Translations under genes and position numbers: made by a program
Notes under the pieces: generated by a model
What the model saw: the letters and a program-made list of their open reading frames with translations, nothing else
Told to the model about the DNA's origin: nothing
Database searches by the model: none
In this document: one piece after another, positions 38,573 to 47,729 of the stretch
Position numbering within the stretch: the stretch's first letter is position 1
Layout of the letters: every line of letters begins with the position of its first letter
Source: an uncultured delta proteobacterium
GTDB taxonomy: Bacteria > Myxococcota_A > Polyangia > Fen-1088
Direction of reading: 5' to 3'
Assembly (NCBI GenBank): GCA_963767925.1
Contig: CAVYGB010000004.1
Span: forward strand, 32,001-96,000
Length of the DNA stretch: 64,000 nucleotides

Positions 38573-40068
38573 CGGTCGGGCTGCGCTTCACCTCGCTGCG
38601 GTCCAAGCTGATCGCCATCGTGATGGCCACGACCTGCGTGGCCCTCCTGGTGGCGGGCGGGGCGATGGCCTTCTTCGAGGCCGACAGCCGGCGCAAGGCC
38701 CTCGGCAAGGAGATGACGACCATCGCCGCCATCCTCGGGGAGAACAGCACCGCCGCCCTCACCTTCGACAACGCCGGGGACGCCGCCCGGGTGCTGGCGG
38801 CGCTGGCCTCCCAGACCGACGTGCTGTCGGGCTGCCTGTACGGCAGCGACGGGGCGCTCTTCGCCGGCTACCGCCGCGCGGACTACGCCCGACGCTGTCC
38901 CGCCCGGATCGGTCCCGAGTCGGCCGGCTTCGCTGACGAGTCTCTGATCCTGCACGCCCCCGTCCGGCAGGGTGGGCAGACCCTCGGCACCTTGCGCCTG
39001 GTGGCCAGCCTCGAGGAGCTGCGCCGGCGCTTCACCCTGTTCGGGCTCGTGCTGATGGTCGTGCTGACCGTGTCGGCCCTGACGGCCCTCCTGCTCTCCT
39101 CGGGCCTGCAGCGCCTCGTCTCCGGCCCCATCCTGGCGCTGGCCGGCACGGCGACCCGCATCTCGGAGGAGCGCGACTACCGCCTGCGCGCGCCCCACCA
39201 CACCCAGGACGAGGTGGGGGCGGCGGTCGTCGCCTTCAACGAGATGCTCGACCGCATCCAGGAGGGGGACCTCGCGCTGCGGGAGGCGACCGAGCAGCTC
39301 CGCACCCTCAACACGACGCTCGAGCAGCGGGTGGCCGAGCGGACCGCCGCCGCCGAGCAGCGGGCCACCGAGCTCAAGCGGTCCAACGAGGAGCTCGAGC
39401 AGTTCGCCTACGTGGCCTCTCACGATCTGCAGGAGCCGCTGCGGGCGGTGGCCAGCTACACGCAGCTCCTGCGGCAACGTTTCGCCGGCAAGCTCGACGA
39501 GGACGGCGATCTCTACCTCACCCACCTCATGGCGGGGGCCGCCCGCATGCGCGCCCTCATCAACGACCTGCTCGACTACTCCCGCCTGGGGCGGCAATCG
39601 CTCGACCGCGTCGCGGTGGACACCTCCGCCCTGCTCGACACCGCCCTGGCCGACCTGCACGCCAGCCTCGAGGAGAGCGGGGCCCAGGTGACGCGGGGAC
39701 CCCTGCCGGTGGTGGAGGCCGACGCCAGCCAGCTCGGGCAGCTCCTGCGCAACCTGCTGTCGAACGCGGTCCGCTTCCGGTCGGAGGTGGCCCCCCGCAT
39801 CGACGTTCAGGCGCAGCGAGCGGAGGGGCTCTGGCGGTTCGCGGTGAAGGACAACGGCATCGGCATCGAGCGGCGATACCACGAGAAGATCTTCGTGATC
39901 TTCCAGCGCCTGCATGGTCGGGATCGACCGGGGACCGGGATCGGCCTGGCCATCTGCCGCAAGATCGTGGAGCGCCACGGGGGCAAGATCTGGGTCGAAT
40001 CCGAGCCGGGGGCGGGGGCGACCTTCTTTTTCACCTTGCCGGCCGCGCCGGCAGAAAGAATACCGTGA
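38569..40068 (+). CDS. Membrane histidine kinase with YfiN-like (CHASE8) periplasmic domain and HAMP
   Basis: Two TM helices flanking NSTAALTFDN..DA; HAMP (DEVG..FNEML); ASHDLQEPLR, DNGIGI, GTGIGLAIC. Confidence 0.9.
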   Translation: MTVGLRFTSLRSKLIAIVMATTCVALLVAGGAMAFFEADSRRKALGKEMTTIAAILGENSTAALTFDNAGDAARVLAALASQTDVLSGCLYGSDGALFAGYRRADYARRCPARIGPESAGFADESLILHAPVRQGGQTLGTLRLVASLEELRRRFTLFGLVLMVVLTVSALTALLLSSGLQRLVSGPILALAGTATRISEERDYRLRAPHHTQDEVGAAVVAFNEMLDRIQEGDLALREATEQLRTLNTTLEQRVAERTAAAEQRATELKRSNEELEQFAYVASHDLQEPLRAVASYTQLLRQRFAGKLDEDGDLYLTHLMAGAARMRALINDLLDYSRLGRQSLDRVAVDTSALLDTALADLHASLEESGAQVTRGPLPVVEADASQLGQLLRNLLSNAVRFRSEVAPRIDVQAQRAEGLWRFAVKDNGIGIERRYHEKIFVIFQRLHGRDRPGTGIGLAICRKIVERHGGKIWVESEPGAGATFFFTLPAAPAERIP

Positions 40069-40520
40069 GGCAGACCGACGGGGGACGACGAGCCGTGGAG
40101 ATTCTTCTGGTCGAGGACAATCCCAGCGACGTGATCTTGACCCAGATCGCGATGAAGGAATGCAAGATCGCCAACAGCCTGCGGGTCGCCTCCGATGGGG
40201 AGCAGGCCCTGCGCCTGCTACGGGGAGAGGGGGAGCTGGCCGGAACGCCGCGCCCCGATCTGATCCTGCTCGACCTCAACCTGCCGCGCATGGACGGGCG
40301 GGAGCTGCTGGCCGAGCTGAAGAAGGACGAGGCGCTGCGCACCATCCCGGTGGTGGTGCTGACCACCTCGGACGCCGAGCTCGACGTCGTGCAGAGCTAC
40401 CAGCTCCACGCCAACGCCTACATCACCAAGCCGATCGACATGGACCAGTTCGTGCGCGTGGTGCGGGCCATCGACGAGTTCTGGTTCGCCATCGTCCGCC
40501 TCCCCGCGCGGGGCCGCTGA
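40065..40520 (+). CDS. Single-domain response regulator (Rcp1-like)
   Basis: ILLVEDN, PDLILLDLNLP, IPVVVLTTS, ANAYITKP, FWF. Confidence 0.93.
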   Translation: MRQTDGGRRAVEILLVEDNPSDVILTQIAMKECKIANSLRVASDGEQALRLLRGEGELAGTPRPDLILLDLNLPRMDGRELLAELKKDEALRTIPVVVLTTSDAELDVVQSYQLHANAYITKPIDMDQFVRVVRAIDEFWFAIVRLPARGR

Positions 40521-40529
40521 CCCCGCCGG

Positions 40530-42007
40530 TCAGTCGACGACGCGTGTCCGGCAGCCGAAGCGGATCTCGATGGTGGCCGCCGGATCGGCCTTGAAGGCCT
40601 GGCAGGTGGCCGGGCAGGTGACGACGCGGGTGGGGGTGCCGGACGCCGGGTCGACGTCGTAGTGCCAGCCCCCCCTGGCGGGATCGCAGGCGGCGGCGTT
40701 GCTGGCGTAGAGGACGTCCTCGTCACCGGCGGCGGCCTTGCGGCGCACGTTGACCTTCCCGAAGTCGATGGTCCCCCCGGCGCGCGGGGGTGGGATGGCG
40801 AAGTCGCAGGGCAGGGACTCCCCCCGGATCTGGTTGAGGGCGTCGAGGAAGCCCTGCCCGAGGTTGTCCATGGGTCCGATGATGATCGGCTGGGCGGTTC
40901 CGCCGGCGGTGGCGAGCATCTGGAGGGCCTCCCGCTCGCCGCCGGTGGTGGGGGTGGCGATGCCCACCACGTAGGTGTCGACGGCCGGGGCGGCGGCCCG
41001 CCCGGCGGCCAGGAGCTGGGCCACCGCGGGCACGGTGTTGTTCGTGCAGCCGGCGGGCGTCCCGTCGGTGGCGAGCACGAAGACGCCGCGCCGGCCCGGG
41101 CGGGCCTCCAGGTGCTTGCGCAGATGCGCCAGCGCCCCCTCCACCGCAGGCCGCATCGGCGTGCTGCCGGTGGGGCCGCGCTCCTGGAGCTGCCGGGCCA
41201 CCACGTCGGCGCCCGGGGTGGGCAAGGCGGCGATGGGCACGGCGAGCTGTTCGTAGAACGAGGGCGCGCAGTAGTCGACGCTGTCCGTGTATTCGCAGGC
41301 GCTGCCCAGCCCCAGGCAGCGGTCGCTCGCGTCCCCGCCCGGACAGACCTCGCCGATGGCGGTGCAGTCGAGCAGGCTGATCGAGCAGCGCCCCAGGGCC
41401 ACGCAGGCCGCCCCGCCCGCGCAGGCCATCGGGCCGCACAGGCGAAGAGGGCCCCCCGGAGTGGTGGCCGAGCCAGCGCAGGCTTGCACCGGCTGGCAAG
41501 GTGGGCGGGTAGGCGTGAGGACGGCGTAGCCGCAGTCGGCGTGGGTCTGGCAGGCCGAGCCACTGCCCGGCAGGGGGAAGAACTGGATCCCCAGGCCCAG
41601 ACCCGCCGAGGTGGGGGCCCGGGCGAAGGTGATCATCGCGTCGCGCACCAGGTTGTACTTGGAGACGTTGCCGATCTCGGAGCTCATCGAGGACGAAGCG
41701 TCGATGGTGAGGAGCAGATCCACCTGCACCCGCTCCGCCTTCCTCACCTCCTCGGCGCAGACCTCGCCGGGGCCGGGGGCCACCGCCGCGTCGACGGCGA
41801 CCGGGGCGGGGCCGGGATCGAACCGGGGGGGCGCCGGCGGCAGGGAGATCCCGGCCGCGCCGCCGCTGCCGCCTTCGCCGCCTGCGCCCTCGGGGGCGAT
41901 GACCTTGGGGGCTCCGCAGCCGAGCAGCCCGGCCGGCGCCAGCCCGGCCAGCAGCAGCCCCGCCAGCACGACTTCGACAACGGCCTTCCGGGCGGCCTGC
42001 GTTCCAT
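40530..42007 (-). CDS. Myxobacterial Cys-rich vWA-domain lipoprotein (apparent 1-bp deletion just after the ATG)
   Basis: MIDAS DASSSM, TPMRPA, VLATDG, Cys-rich insert, lipobox LLGC. AAGGAG RBS + ATG 42007 is one base out of frame; adding one G gives MGTQAARKAVVEVVLAGLLL. ORF track start is 41969. Confidence 0.8.
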
Positions 42008-42107
42008 GTTGCGTTTGCTCCTTCGCGGCCGCCGCGGCGCGTGGCCCGGCGCCAGGTTACTCCGAGTCGTGTTACGCTGGCAAAGTCACCCCCTGTCATC
42101 CCGGCGC

Positions 42108-43079
42108 ATGGACGGCCCCAGGCACGACCCGGTCACCAACTTCGCTCTCCTGGGCGTGGCCGGGTACATCGCGCCCCGGCATCTGGCGGCGATCAAGGAG
42201 GTGGGCGGCAGCCTGCTGTGCGCGTCGGACCCCAACGACTCGGTCGGGGTGCTCGATCGGTACTTCTTCGAGACCCGCTACTTCCGCGAGTTCGAGCGTT
42301 TCGATCGCCACGTCGAGAAGCTGCGCCGCCGCCGCCTCGAAGAGCGGGTGCACTACGTCTCGATCTGCTCACCGAACTACCTGCACGACGCCCACATCCG
42401 GTTCGCCCTGCGGGTGGGGGCCGACGCCATCTGCGAAAAGCCCCTCGTCATCAACCCCTGGAACCTCGACGCCCTGGCCGACCTGGAGCAGGAGCTCGGG
42501 CGCCGCATCCACGCCGTCCTGCAGCTCCGGGTGCACCCTACCTTGCTCGAGCTGCGCGAGCGGTTGCTGGCCACCGGCAGCGCCCGGCGCGAGGTGGTGC
42601 TCACCTACGTCACCAGCCGGGGCCAGTGGTACCTCAACTCCTGGAAGGGCGACGTCTCGCGCTCGGGCGGCATCGCCGGCAACATCGGCATCCACTTCTT
42701 CGACGTCCTGCTCTGGCTGTTCGGGCGCGTGCAGGGGTTCGAGGTGCACCTGTCGCAGCCGCAGCAGATGGCCGGCTACCTCGACCTCGAGCGGGCCAGC
42801 GTGCGCTGGTACCTGTCGATCGACCGGCGCGATCTACCCTTCGCCGCGGTGCCGGGAGGACCGACGACCTACCGCTCGATCACCGTCGACGGCCAGGAGC
42901 TGGAGTTCTCCGACGGCTTCACCGACCTGCACACGCGCGTCTACCGGGAGATCCTGGCCGGCCGAGGCTTCGGCGTCGGCGACGCCCGCGCCGCCATCGT
43001 GCTCACCCAGGGCCTCCGCAACGCCACCCCCGTCGGCCCCACCGCCCGCGCCCACGACCTCGTGTTGCGCAAGCGCTAG
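42108..43079 (+). CDS. Gfo/Idh/MocA oxidoreductase, WbpB/WlbA-type UDP-GlcNAcA 3-dehydrogenase
   Basis: FALLGVAGYIAPRH, DPNDSVG, SICSPNYLHDAH, CEKPL, SWKGD..SGG..NIGIHFFD, EFSDGFTDLH. Confidence 0.88.
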   Translation: MDGPRHDPVTNFALLGVAGYIAPRHLAAIKEVGGSLLCASDPNDSVGVLDRYFFETRYFREFERFDRHVEKLRRRRLEERVHYVSICSPNYLHDAHIRFALRVGADAICEKPLVINPWNLDALADLEQELGRRIHAVLQLRVHPTLLELRERLLATGSARREVVLTYVTSRGQWYLNSWKGDVSRSGGIAGNIGIHFFDVLLWLFGRVQGFEVHLSQPQQMAGYLDLERASVRWYLSIDRRDLPFAAVPGGPTTYRSITVDGQELEFSDGFTDLHTRVYREILAGRGFGVGDARAAIVLTQGLRNATPVGPTARAHDLVLRKR

Positions 43080-43119
43080 AGCGTGCGGGGACGGGTACGG
43101 TACAGAGCTCGGACCAAGC

Positions 43120-43986
43120 TCAGCGGCCGCGCGGGCTGCGGCGGCCCTGGACGGAGCGGGGGGTCTCCCGGCGCGCCGGCGTGCGCTCGGGCGGGCGGAC
43201 CGCCACCACCTGGGCGGGGCGCAGGGCGATGCCGATCCGACCGAGCGCAGCACCCTGCACGTTGACCGCCAGGCTCTCGCGCCGGAGCGCGCGGTTCAGG
43301 CAAGCGGCGCGCTCGTCGGGCATCGGGCCCGGCGTGCCGAAGCCGACCGAACGGACCCGGCCGCGGTGGTCGATGTACAGCGTCGCGCGCAGCTCGACGC
43401 CGCCCAGCCCGCCGCAGTCGTCCAGCAGGCGCTGGAAGATCACCGGCATCTGGTTGGCGAGGGCGTCGGGCGCGAGCTGCACCACCGGGACCGCCCCGGT
43501 GGAGCGAAACTCGAGCGAATATTCGAAGGCCGCCACCCCGTAGCCCTGCGGCCGGGCGAACCGGATCTTCGAGGCCACCGAGACCAGACAGCGCTCCACC
43601 TCGAAGCTCCCGAGGTCCGAGCTGCGCACGTGGACGGTGGTTGTGTCACCGTCCAGCCCCACCACGAACCGCAACGTCACCTGGCCGCTGGCAAAGTCGC
43701 GGGCGAGCTGGGCGTCTTCGAAGCAGCGACACAGTCGGGGAAAGTGGGGCTCCACCGCCTCCTCGACGTCTTCCCGGTCGAGCGAGCCGTGCTCGGCCCG
43801 GATCTGCAGGGTATTGTTGGCGGGGCGCGGAGCCGGAGGGGCCGGGGTCGGCGCCACCACCGCGGCCGTGGTCAGAGGGGTGGGGTTGGGCGCTTCGAGG
43901 ATCGGTCGGTTCGTGGCAGTTGTCGTCGCACAAGCACCCAGCAGCGCCGCCGCCGCGGGCAACCAGCTCCCCCTCGCAAGGCCCAT
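43120..43986 (-). CDS. AgmX/PglI C-terminal (TonB-C-like) domain lipoprotein
   Basis: Lipobox LLGAC, Pro-rich linker, CFE...GQVTLRFVVG.DG...VERCL...F.RP. Confidence 0.7.
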   Translation of the reverse strand: MGLARGSWLPAAAALLGACATTTATNRPILEAPNPTPLTTAAVVAPTPAPPAPRPANNTLQIRAEHGSLDREDVEEAVEPHFPRLCRCFEDAQLARDFASGQVTLRFVVGLDGDTTTVHVRSSDLGSFEVERCLVSVASKIRFARPQGYGVAAFEYSLEFRSTGAVPVVQLAPDALANQMPVIFQRLLDDCGGLGGVELRATLYIDHRGRVRSVGFGTPGPMPDERAACLNRALRRESLAVNVQGAALGRIGIALRPAQVVAVRPPERTPARRETPRSVQGRRSPRGR

Positions 43987-44226
43987 ATATCCATGAATTC
44001 GACCGCTGGAGACCTGGTCTTGAGACGGCCTCAGGGTCGCTTCGCTTCAGGGGTAATTGGTGATCGACGGCCGCTCGAAAAGCACTGGTTCCACCGGACG
44101 TTGACCGGAGCCGACCGTTTCGGCCCGTCGCGGTGAGCGCTCCGACGGATAAACCCCCGCACCCCGAGCCGCACGACGTCGTCCTCTGGATCGCCCTCTG
44201 AATTGCTCCGGGGGCGGGCCGCGCGA

Positions 44227-45171
44227 TCACTTCCCGGGAGGGCTGGCCTGGCCGCGCACGGTGGTCTTGATCCGGAACAGCGAGGCGGTGGTGGTGACAT
44301 AGAGGATGTCGCGGTTCTTGCCGCCGAAGGTGCAGTTGGTGGGGTCTTCGGGCATGGGGATGGTGGCGGCCAGGGTGGCGGTGGCGCGCTTGCCGTCCGG
44401 CTCGAACACGTAGATGCCGGCCTTGTCCTTGGTGCCCGCGGTCGTCCAGATGCGTCCGTCGCGGTCGAGCGTCATGCCGTCTATCCCACGCCCGCCGCCG
44501 AAGTCGTACAGCACGCGCGGGTTGCTGGCGTCGCCGCGCGCGTCGAGGTCGAAGGCCCACAGCTTGACCACCCCGCCCGGGGCGGCGTTGTCCGCCACGT
44601 ACAGCGTGCGCGCGTCGGGCGTCACGTTGATGCCGTTGGGGCGGGTGAGGCTGTCGACGATGCGGGTCAGCTTGCCGTCCGGATCGATGCGGTAGACCGC
44701 CTCCTTGTCCTGCTCGACGTTGGCCCGGTTGTTGTAGCGGGGGTCGGTAAAATAGATGCGGCCCCGCCGGTCGATGGCCAGGTCGTTGGGGCTGTTGAGC
44801 CGCTTGTCCGCGTAACGCTCGGCCAGCACCTGCGCCTTCTTGCCGGTCCGGTCCAGGCGCACCACGCGGCGCCCGCCATCCGAGGAGTTGCCCTCGCACA
44901 CGACCAGCCGCCCGCGGGCGTCCCAGGCCAGGCCGTTGGCCCGGCCGCTGGGCTCCCGGAACACCGACACCTTGTCGCCGGGGGCCAGCTTCATGGTGCG
45001 GTTGCGGGGCGTGTCCTCGAACAGCAGAAAGCCGTCGGGGTGCCAGGCAGGCCCCTCGCTGAACTTCAGATCGCCGACGACCTTCTCCCACTGCGCCCCC
45101 GGCGCCAGCAGGGGGGTCTCGACCGCAGTGGCCGCCGCGATGACCAGGGTGGCAAGGCCCAGGGTGGACAT
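44227..45171 (-). CDS. SMP-30/gluconolactonase/LRE family protein
   Basis: FSEGPAW, ANGLAWD, LNSPND, YFTDP, PNGI, DGMTLD, TNCTFGG. Confidence 0.92.
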   Translation of the reverse strand: MSTLGLATLVIAAATAVETPLLAPGAQWEKVVGDLKFSEGPAWHPDGFLLFEDTPRNRTMKLAPGDKVSVFREPSGRANGLAWDARGRLVVCEGNSSDGGRRVVRLDRTGKKAQVLAERYADKRLNSPNDLAIDRRGRIYFTDPRYNNRANVEQDKEAVYRIDPDGKLTRIVDSLTRPNGINVTPDARTLYVADNAAPGGVVKLWAFDLDARGDASNPRVLYDFGGGRGIDGMTLDRDGRIWTTAGTKDKAGIYVFEPDGKRATATLAATIPMPEDPTNCTFGGKNRDILYVTTTASLFRIKTTVRGQASPPGK

Positions 45172-45214
45172 GGGCCGGGAGAATACACCAGGGCGCTGCA
45201 CGCCCCGGATGGCG

Positions 45215-45991
45215 TCAGGCGAGGAGCTGCCACTGGCGGGCGGCCAGGGCCAGGACGTGGACGTCGTCGAGCGCGTGCAACCAGTAGCGCCAGGGGCTGC
45301 TGGGATCCGGCTGCCCGGAGGCGGCGCAGGCCAGGGGCTTGTCGCCGGCCTCGTCGAAGGTGAAGTGGACCGGCTCCTCGGGGGGCGACCCGGGACCCTG
45401 GCCGGCCAGGACCTTCTGCCGGGCCTGGTGCAGGGCCCACAGGGAGAAGAACCGCTTGGGCCGCTGCTCCGGGGGGAGCGCGCGCAGGGCCGCGAGCTCG
45501 GCAGGGGCGAGGTGGTTCTGGGCGAGCTCCTCCATGGGGGGTACCGTGCGGATCCACTCCACATCGATGCCGACGGCCCCGAAGGGACCGGAGCTGGCGT
45601 CGGCGACGGCGCAGGCCACCAGCCCCCGCGTGTGCGAGAGGCTGAAGCGGAAGTTGTCGATGCGGCCCAGGGGCGTCCGGATCTCGGGTGCCCCGCCCGA
45701 TCTCGGCACGTACTCCCAGTCCTGGGGCGACAGGGTGAGGTGCAGCGACAGCTCGATGCGCAGCAGTCCCCGGGCGGCGGCGTAACATCGACGGTCGGAA
45801 TCGTCGGTGATGGTCTGGTAGACAGTCCGTTCGTCGTCGTCCATCAGCCGCTCGAGCGCGCTGCGGGTGGCGGGCGCGAGCTGCTCGCTCACGGTGGCGC
45901 AGGCGAAGGTGAGGCCCGCGGCGACCGTGCAGCGGGCGATGGCGAGGTCGAAGGCCGCATCGGTCAGCGGCTCTCGCTCTATCGGTGTCAT
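45215..45991 (-). CDS. Sfp-type 4'-phosphopantetheinyl transferase homolog with altered catalytic motif
   Basis: ARGLLR, FSLSHT, VGIDVE; WxxKEAxxK reads WALHQARQK; AAGGAG RBS. Confidence 0.75.
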   Translation of the reverse strand: MTPIEREPLTDAAFDLAIARCTVAAGLTFACATVSEQLAPATRSALERLMDDDERTVYQTITDDSDRRCYAAARGLLRIELSLHLTLSPQDWEYVPRSGGAPEIRTPLGRIDNFRFSLSHTRGLVACAVADASSGPFGAVGIDVEWIRTVPPMEELAQNHLAPAELAALRALPPEQRPKRFFSLWALHQARQKVLAGQGPGSPPEEPVHFTFDEAGDKPLACAASGQPDPSSPWRYWLHALDDVHVLALAARQWQLLA

Positions 45992-46019
45992 CGTCGTGTT
46001 CTCCTTGCTCGCGCCTTCC

Positions 46020-46035
46020 AGCAAGCGCGATGCCA
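46020..46035 (-). promoter_or_regulatory. sigma54 (-24/-12) promoter of the PPTase-like gene
   Basis: Minus strand TGGCATCGCGCTTGCT = GG-N10-GC, just upstream of the RBS and ATG 45991. Confidence 0.75.
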
Positions 46036-46142
46036 CGAGAAATCGGCGAATATCCGCGGAAAATCGCCAAGCTTGCGACCCGTCGCTGTCCGATCGCACG
46101 CGTGCCGCTGCGCGATCTTCATCGGCGCCCCGCCGGCGCTGT

Positions 46143-46167
46143 AAAAAAATCTCCCGATCGTCGGGAA
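46143..46167 (-). terminator. Possible terminator after the XRE gene
   Basis: TCCCGA-cga-TCGGGA hairpin followed by a T7 run on the minus strand. Confidence 0.4.
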
Positions 46168-46186
46168 GGTTTGCCGGGCTCGATCG

Positions 46187-46582
46187 TCAGGGACGTTCGA
46201 GGCCGTGGTTCGGGTCGCCGCCGTCGCCCCCGAAAGCGGCCTCCAGGATGCGCTCGGCGCGCTCGATCTCGGCCGCCGGACGCCGCGCGAGGTAGCTCGA
46301 GATGCGTTCGGCGGCGGCGTAGGCGCGGCTGGCGTTGCGAGCGGCCCCTTCCGGTCGCAGTTCCTCGAAGCGCACCAGATCGGGCAGCTCCACCCCCAGC
46401 GCCTGCCCCAGGCGGGCCAGGTTCTTCAGCGAGGGGTTGCCCGAGCCGCGCTCGATCTGGCCGATGAACTTGCCGCTGACCCCCGCCTTCTCGCCCAGCT
46501 CCTCCTGGGTCAGGTTCCGCAGGGTTCGCAGCCCGCGCAGTCTCCGACCAAAGAGCACGGGGATGGTCGGGACGCGCGGCAT
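46187..46582 (-). CDS. XRE-family HTH transcriptional regulator
   Basis: FGRRLRGLR..RNLTQEELGEKAGVS.KFIGQIERG..NPSL. Confidence 0.92.
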   Translation of the reverse strand: MPRVPTIPVLFGRRLRGLRTLRNLTQEELGEKAGVSGKFIGQIERGSGNPSLKNLARLGQALGVELPDLVRFEELRPEGAARNASRAYAAAERISSYLARRPAAEIERAERILEAAFGGDGGDPNHGLERP

Positions 46583-46626
46583 CGCCCGTATGGTCGTCGG
46601 GGCGCCCGCCCCGCTGAACCCGCCAG

Positions 46627-46692
46627 AGTTCCCATTTGCAGGTTGATTCCAGAATGATGGGAACTATACTTACCTTCGACCTCACGATACAA
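46627..46692 (-). promoter_or_regulatory. sigma70-like promoter with overlapping inverted-repeat operator
   Basis: Minus strand TTGTAT-N18-TATAGT; perfect IR AGTTCCCAT-N21-ATGGGAACT (46627-46665) overlaps the -10 element. Confidence 0.6.
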
Positions 46693-46865
46693 AGGCGTGG
46701 CCACGGCCGGGGTCCCCGGGCTGCGCTCGACCGGCCGAGTCCCCCGAGCTTGAGGGTCGCGGGGGACTCGGCCAACTTTTCTCGGGCGAGATGCGCCAGG
46801 CGAAAATCTCTCCCGGGGACGTTTCCCGGGCAACATTCCCGGGGAAGATCCGGGCCGGCCGCCGT

Positions 46866-47411
46866 TCAGGGACTGGCGCGGCGGATCGCGAAGGTCAAGG
46901 TGTACGCCGAGACCTGCGGGCCGGTCTGCTGGATCACGTAACTGTACGTGCCCGGGCCCAGCGGTACGGTGAACCCGGAGCCAGCCGGCGCACCGTCGGC
47001 GAGCGCGAGCAGCAGGTCCGTCCCCTCGGCGCTCCCGTCGACGTGGTCGCCGCCGAGGAAGGACGCCGCGGTCGCGGCGCTGGGCACGGCGCTGGTGGCG
47101 CCGGTGCCGAGGGCATGAAAGCCGCGGTTGCCCGGGGTGCCCGCGGGCACGTCCCGGTAGCTGGTCAGCACCAGGGCGGCCAGGTGCAACCCCTCGGGGA
47201 TGGTGAAGGTGAAGAAGTCGCGCGTGTCGGCCGGCGCGGTGGTGGTGACGGTGCCGGAGACGGTGTTGTCCCCCAGCCGGAGCTGCAGCGGCGTCGGCGC
47301 CGCCGGATCGCTGGAGAGATCGCCCGCCTCCGCTTCGTCGTATTCCAGGGGCGCGCAGCCCACCGCCGCCAGCAGCGCCAGAGCACCAGCTCGACCTACC
47401 CGAACGTCCAT
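46866..47411 (-). CDS. Secreted/lipoprotein beta-sandwich hypothetical protein
   Basis: GGAGG RBS; lipobox AVGC; D.FTFTIP..LGPGTYS pattern. Confidence 0.7.
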   Translation of the reverse strand: MDVRVGRAGALALLAAVGCAPLEYDEAEAGDLSSDPAAPTPLQLRLGDNTVSGTVTTTAPADTRDFFTFTIPEGLHLAALVLTSYRDVPAGTPGNRGFHALGTGATSAVPSAATAASFLGGDHVDGSAEGTDLLLALADGAPAGSGFTVPLGPGTYSYVIQQTGPQVSAYTLTFAIRRASP

Positions 47412-47729
47412 GTGTACCTCCCGTGTGTTGGCTCGAGCGCCAGGCGGCGGCAGAGCCGACGCGGGCGCGCCACGACTTCACCTTAACGGAAGCGACGACC
47501 GGCATTCCTGGACAAAACGAAGACAGACGACATCACGGGTGCGGCCCCGATGGGACGCCGCTGCCGCGGTTGCGATCGCCGCCTTCGCTCCGGACGGACC
47601 TGACCCGTACCACCTGCGGCGACGTCAGCTCCATCGCCCCGCGTGGGATCAGCCCGCGGCCCGGCGCGCCCGGGTCGGGCCGGGGCCGATGTGGTTGCGT
47701 GGGGCTCCGAAACGTAGTCTCGTCTGCGC

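Noticed and set aside
43990..44220. Possible riboswitch or ncRNA upstream of the AgmX-like gene
   Set aside because: Some short hairpins, but no family consensus recognisable by eye; an Rfam/Infernal scan would be needed
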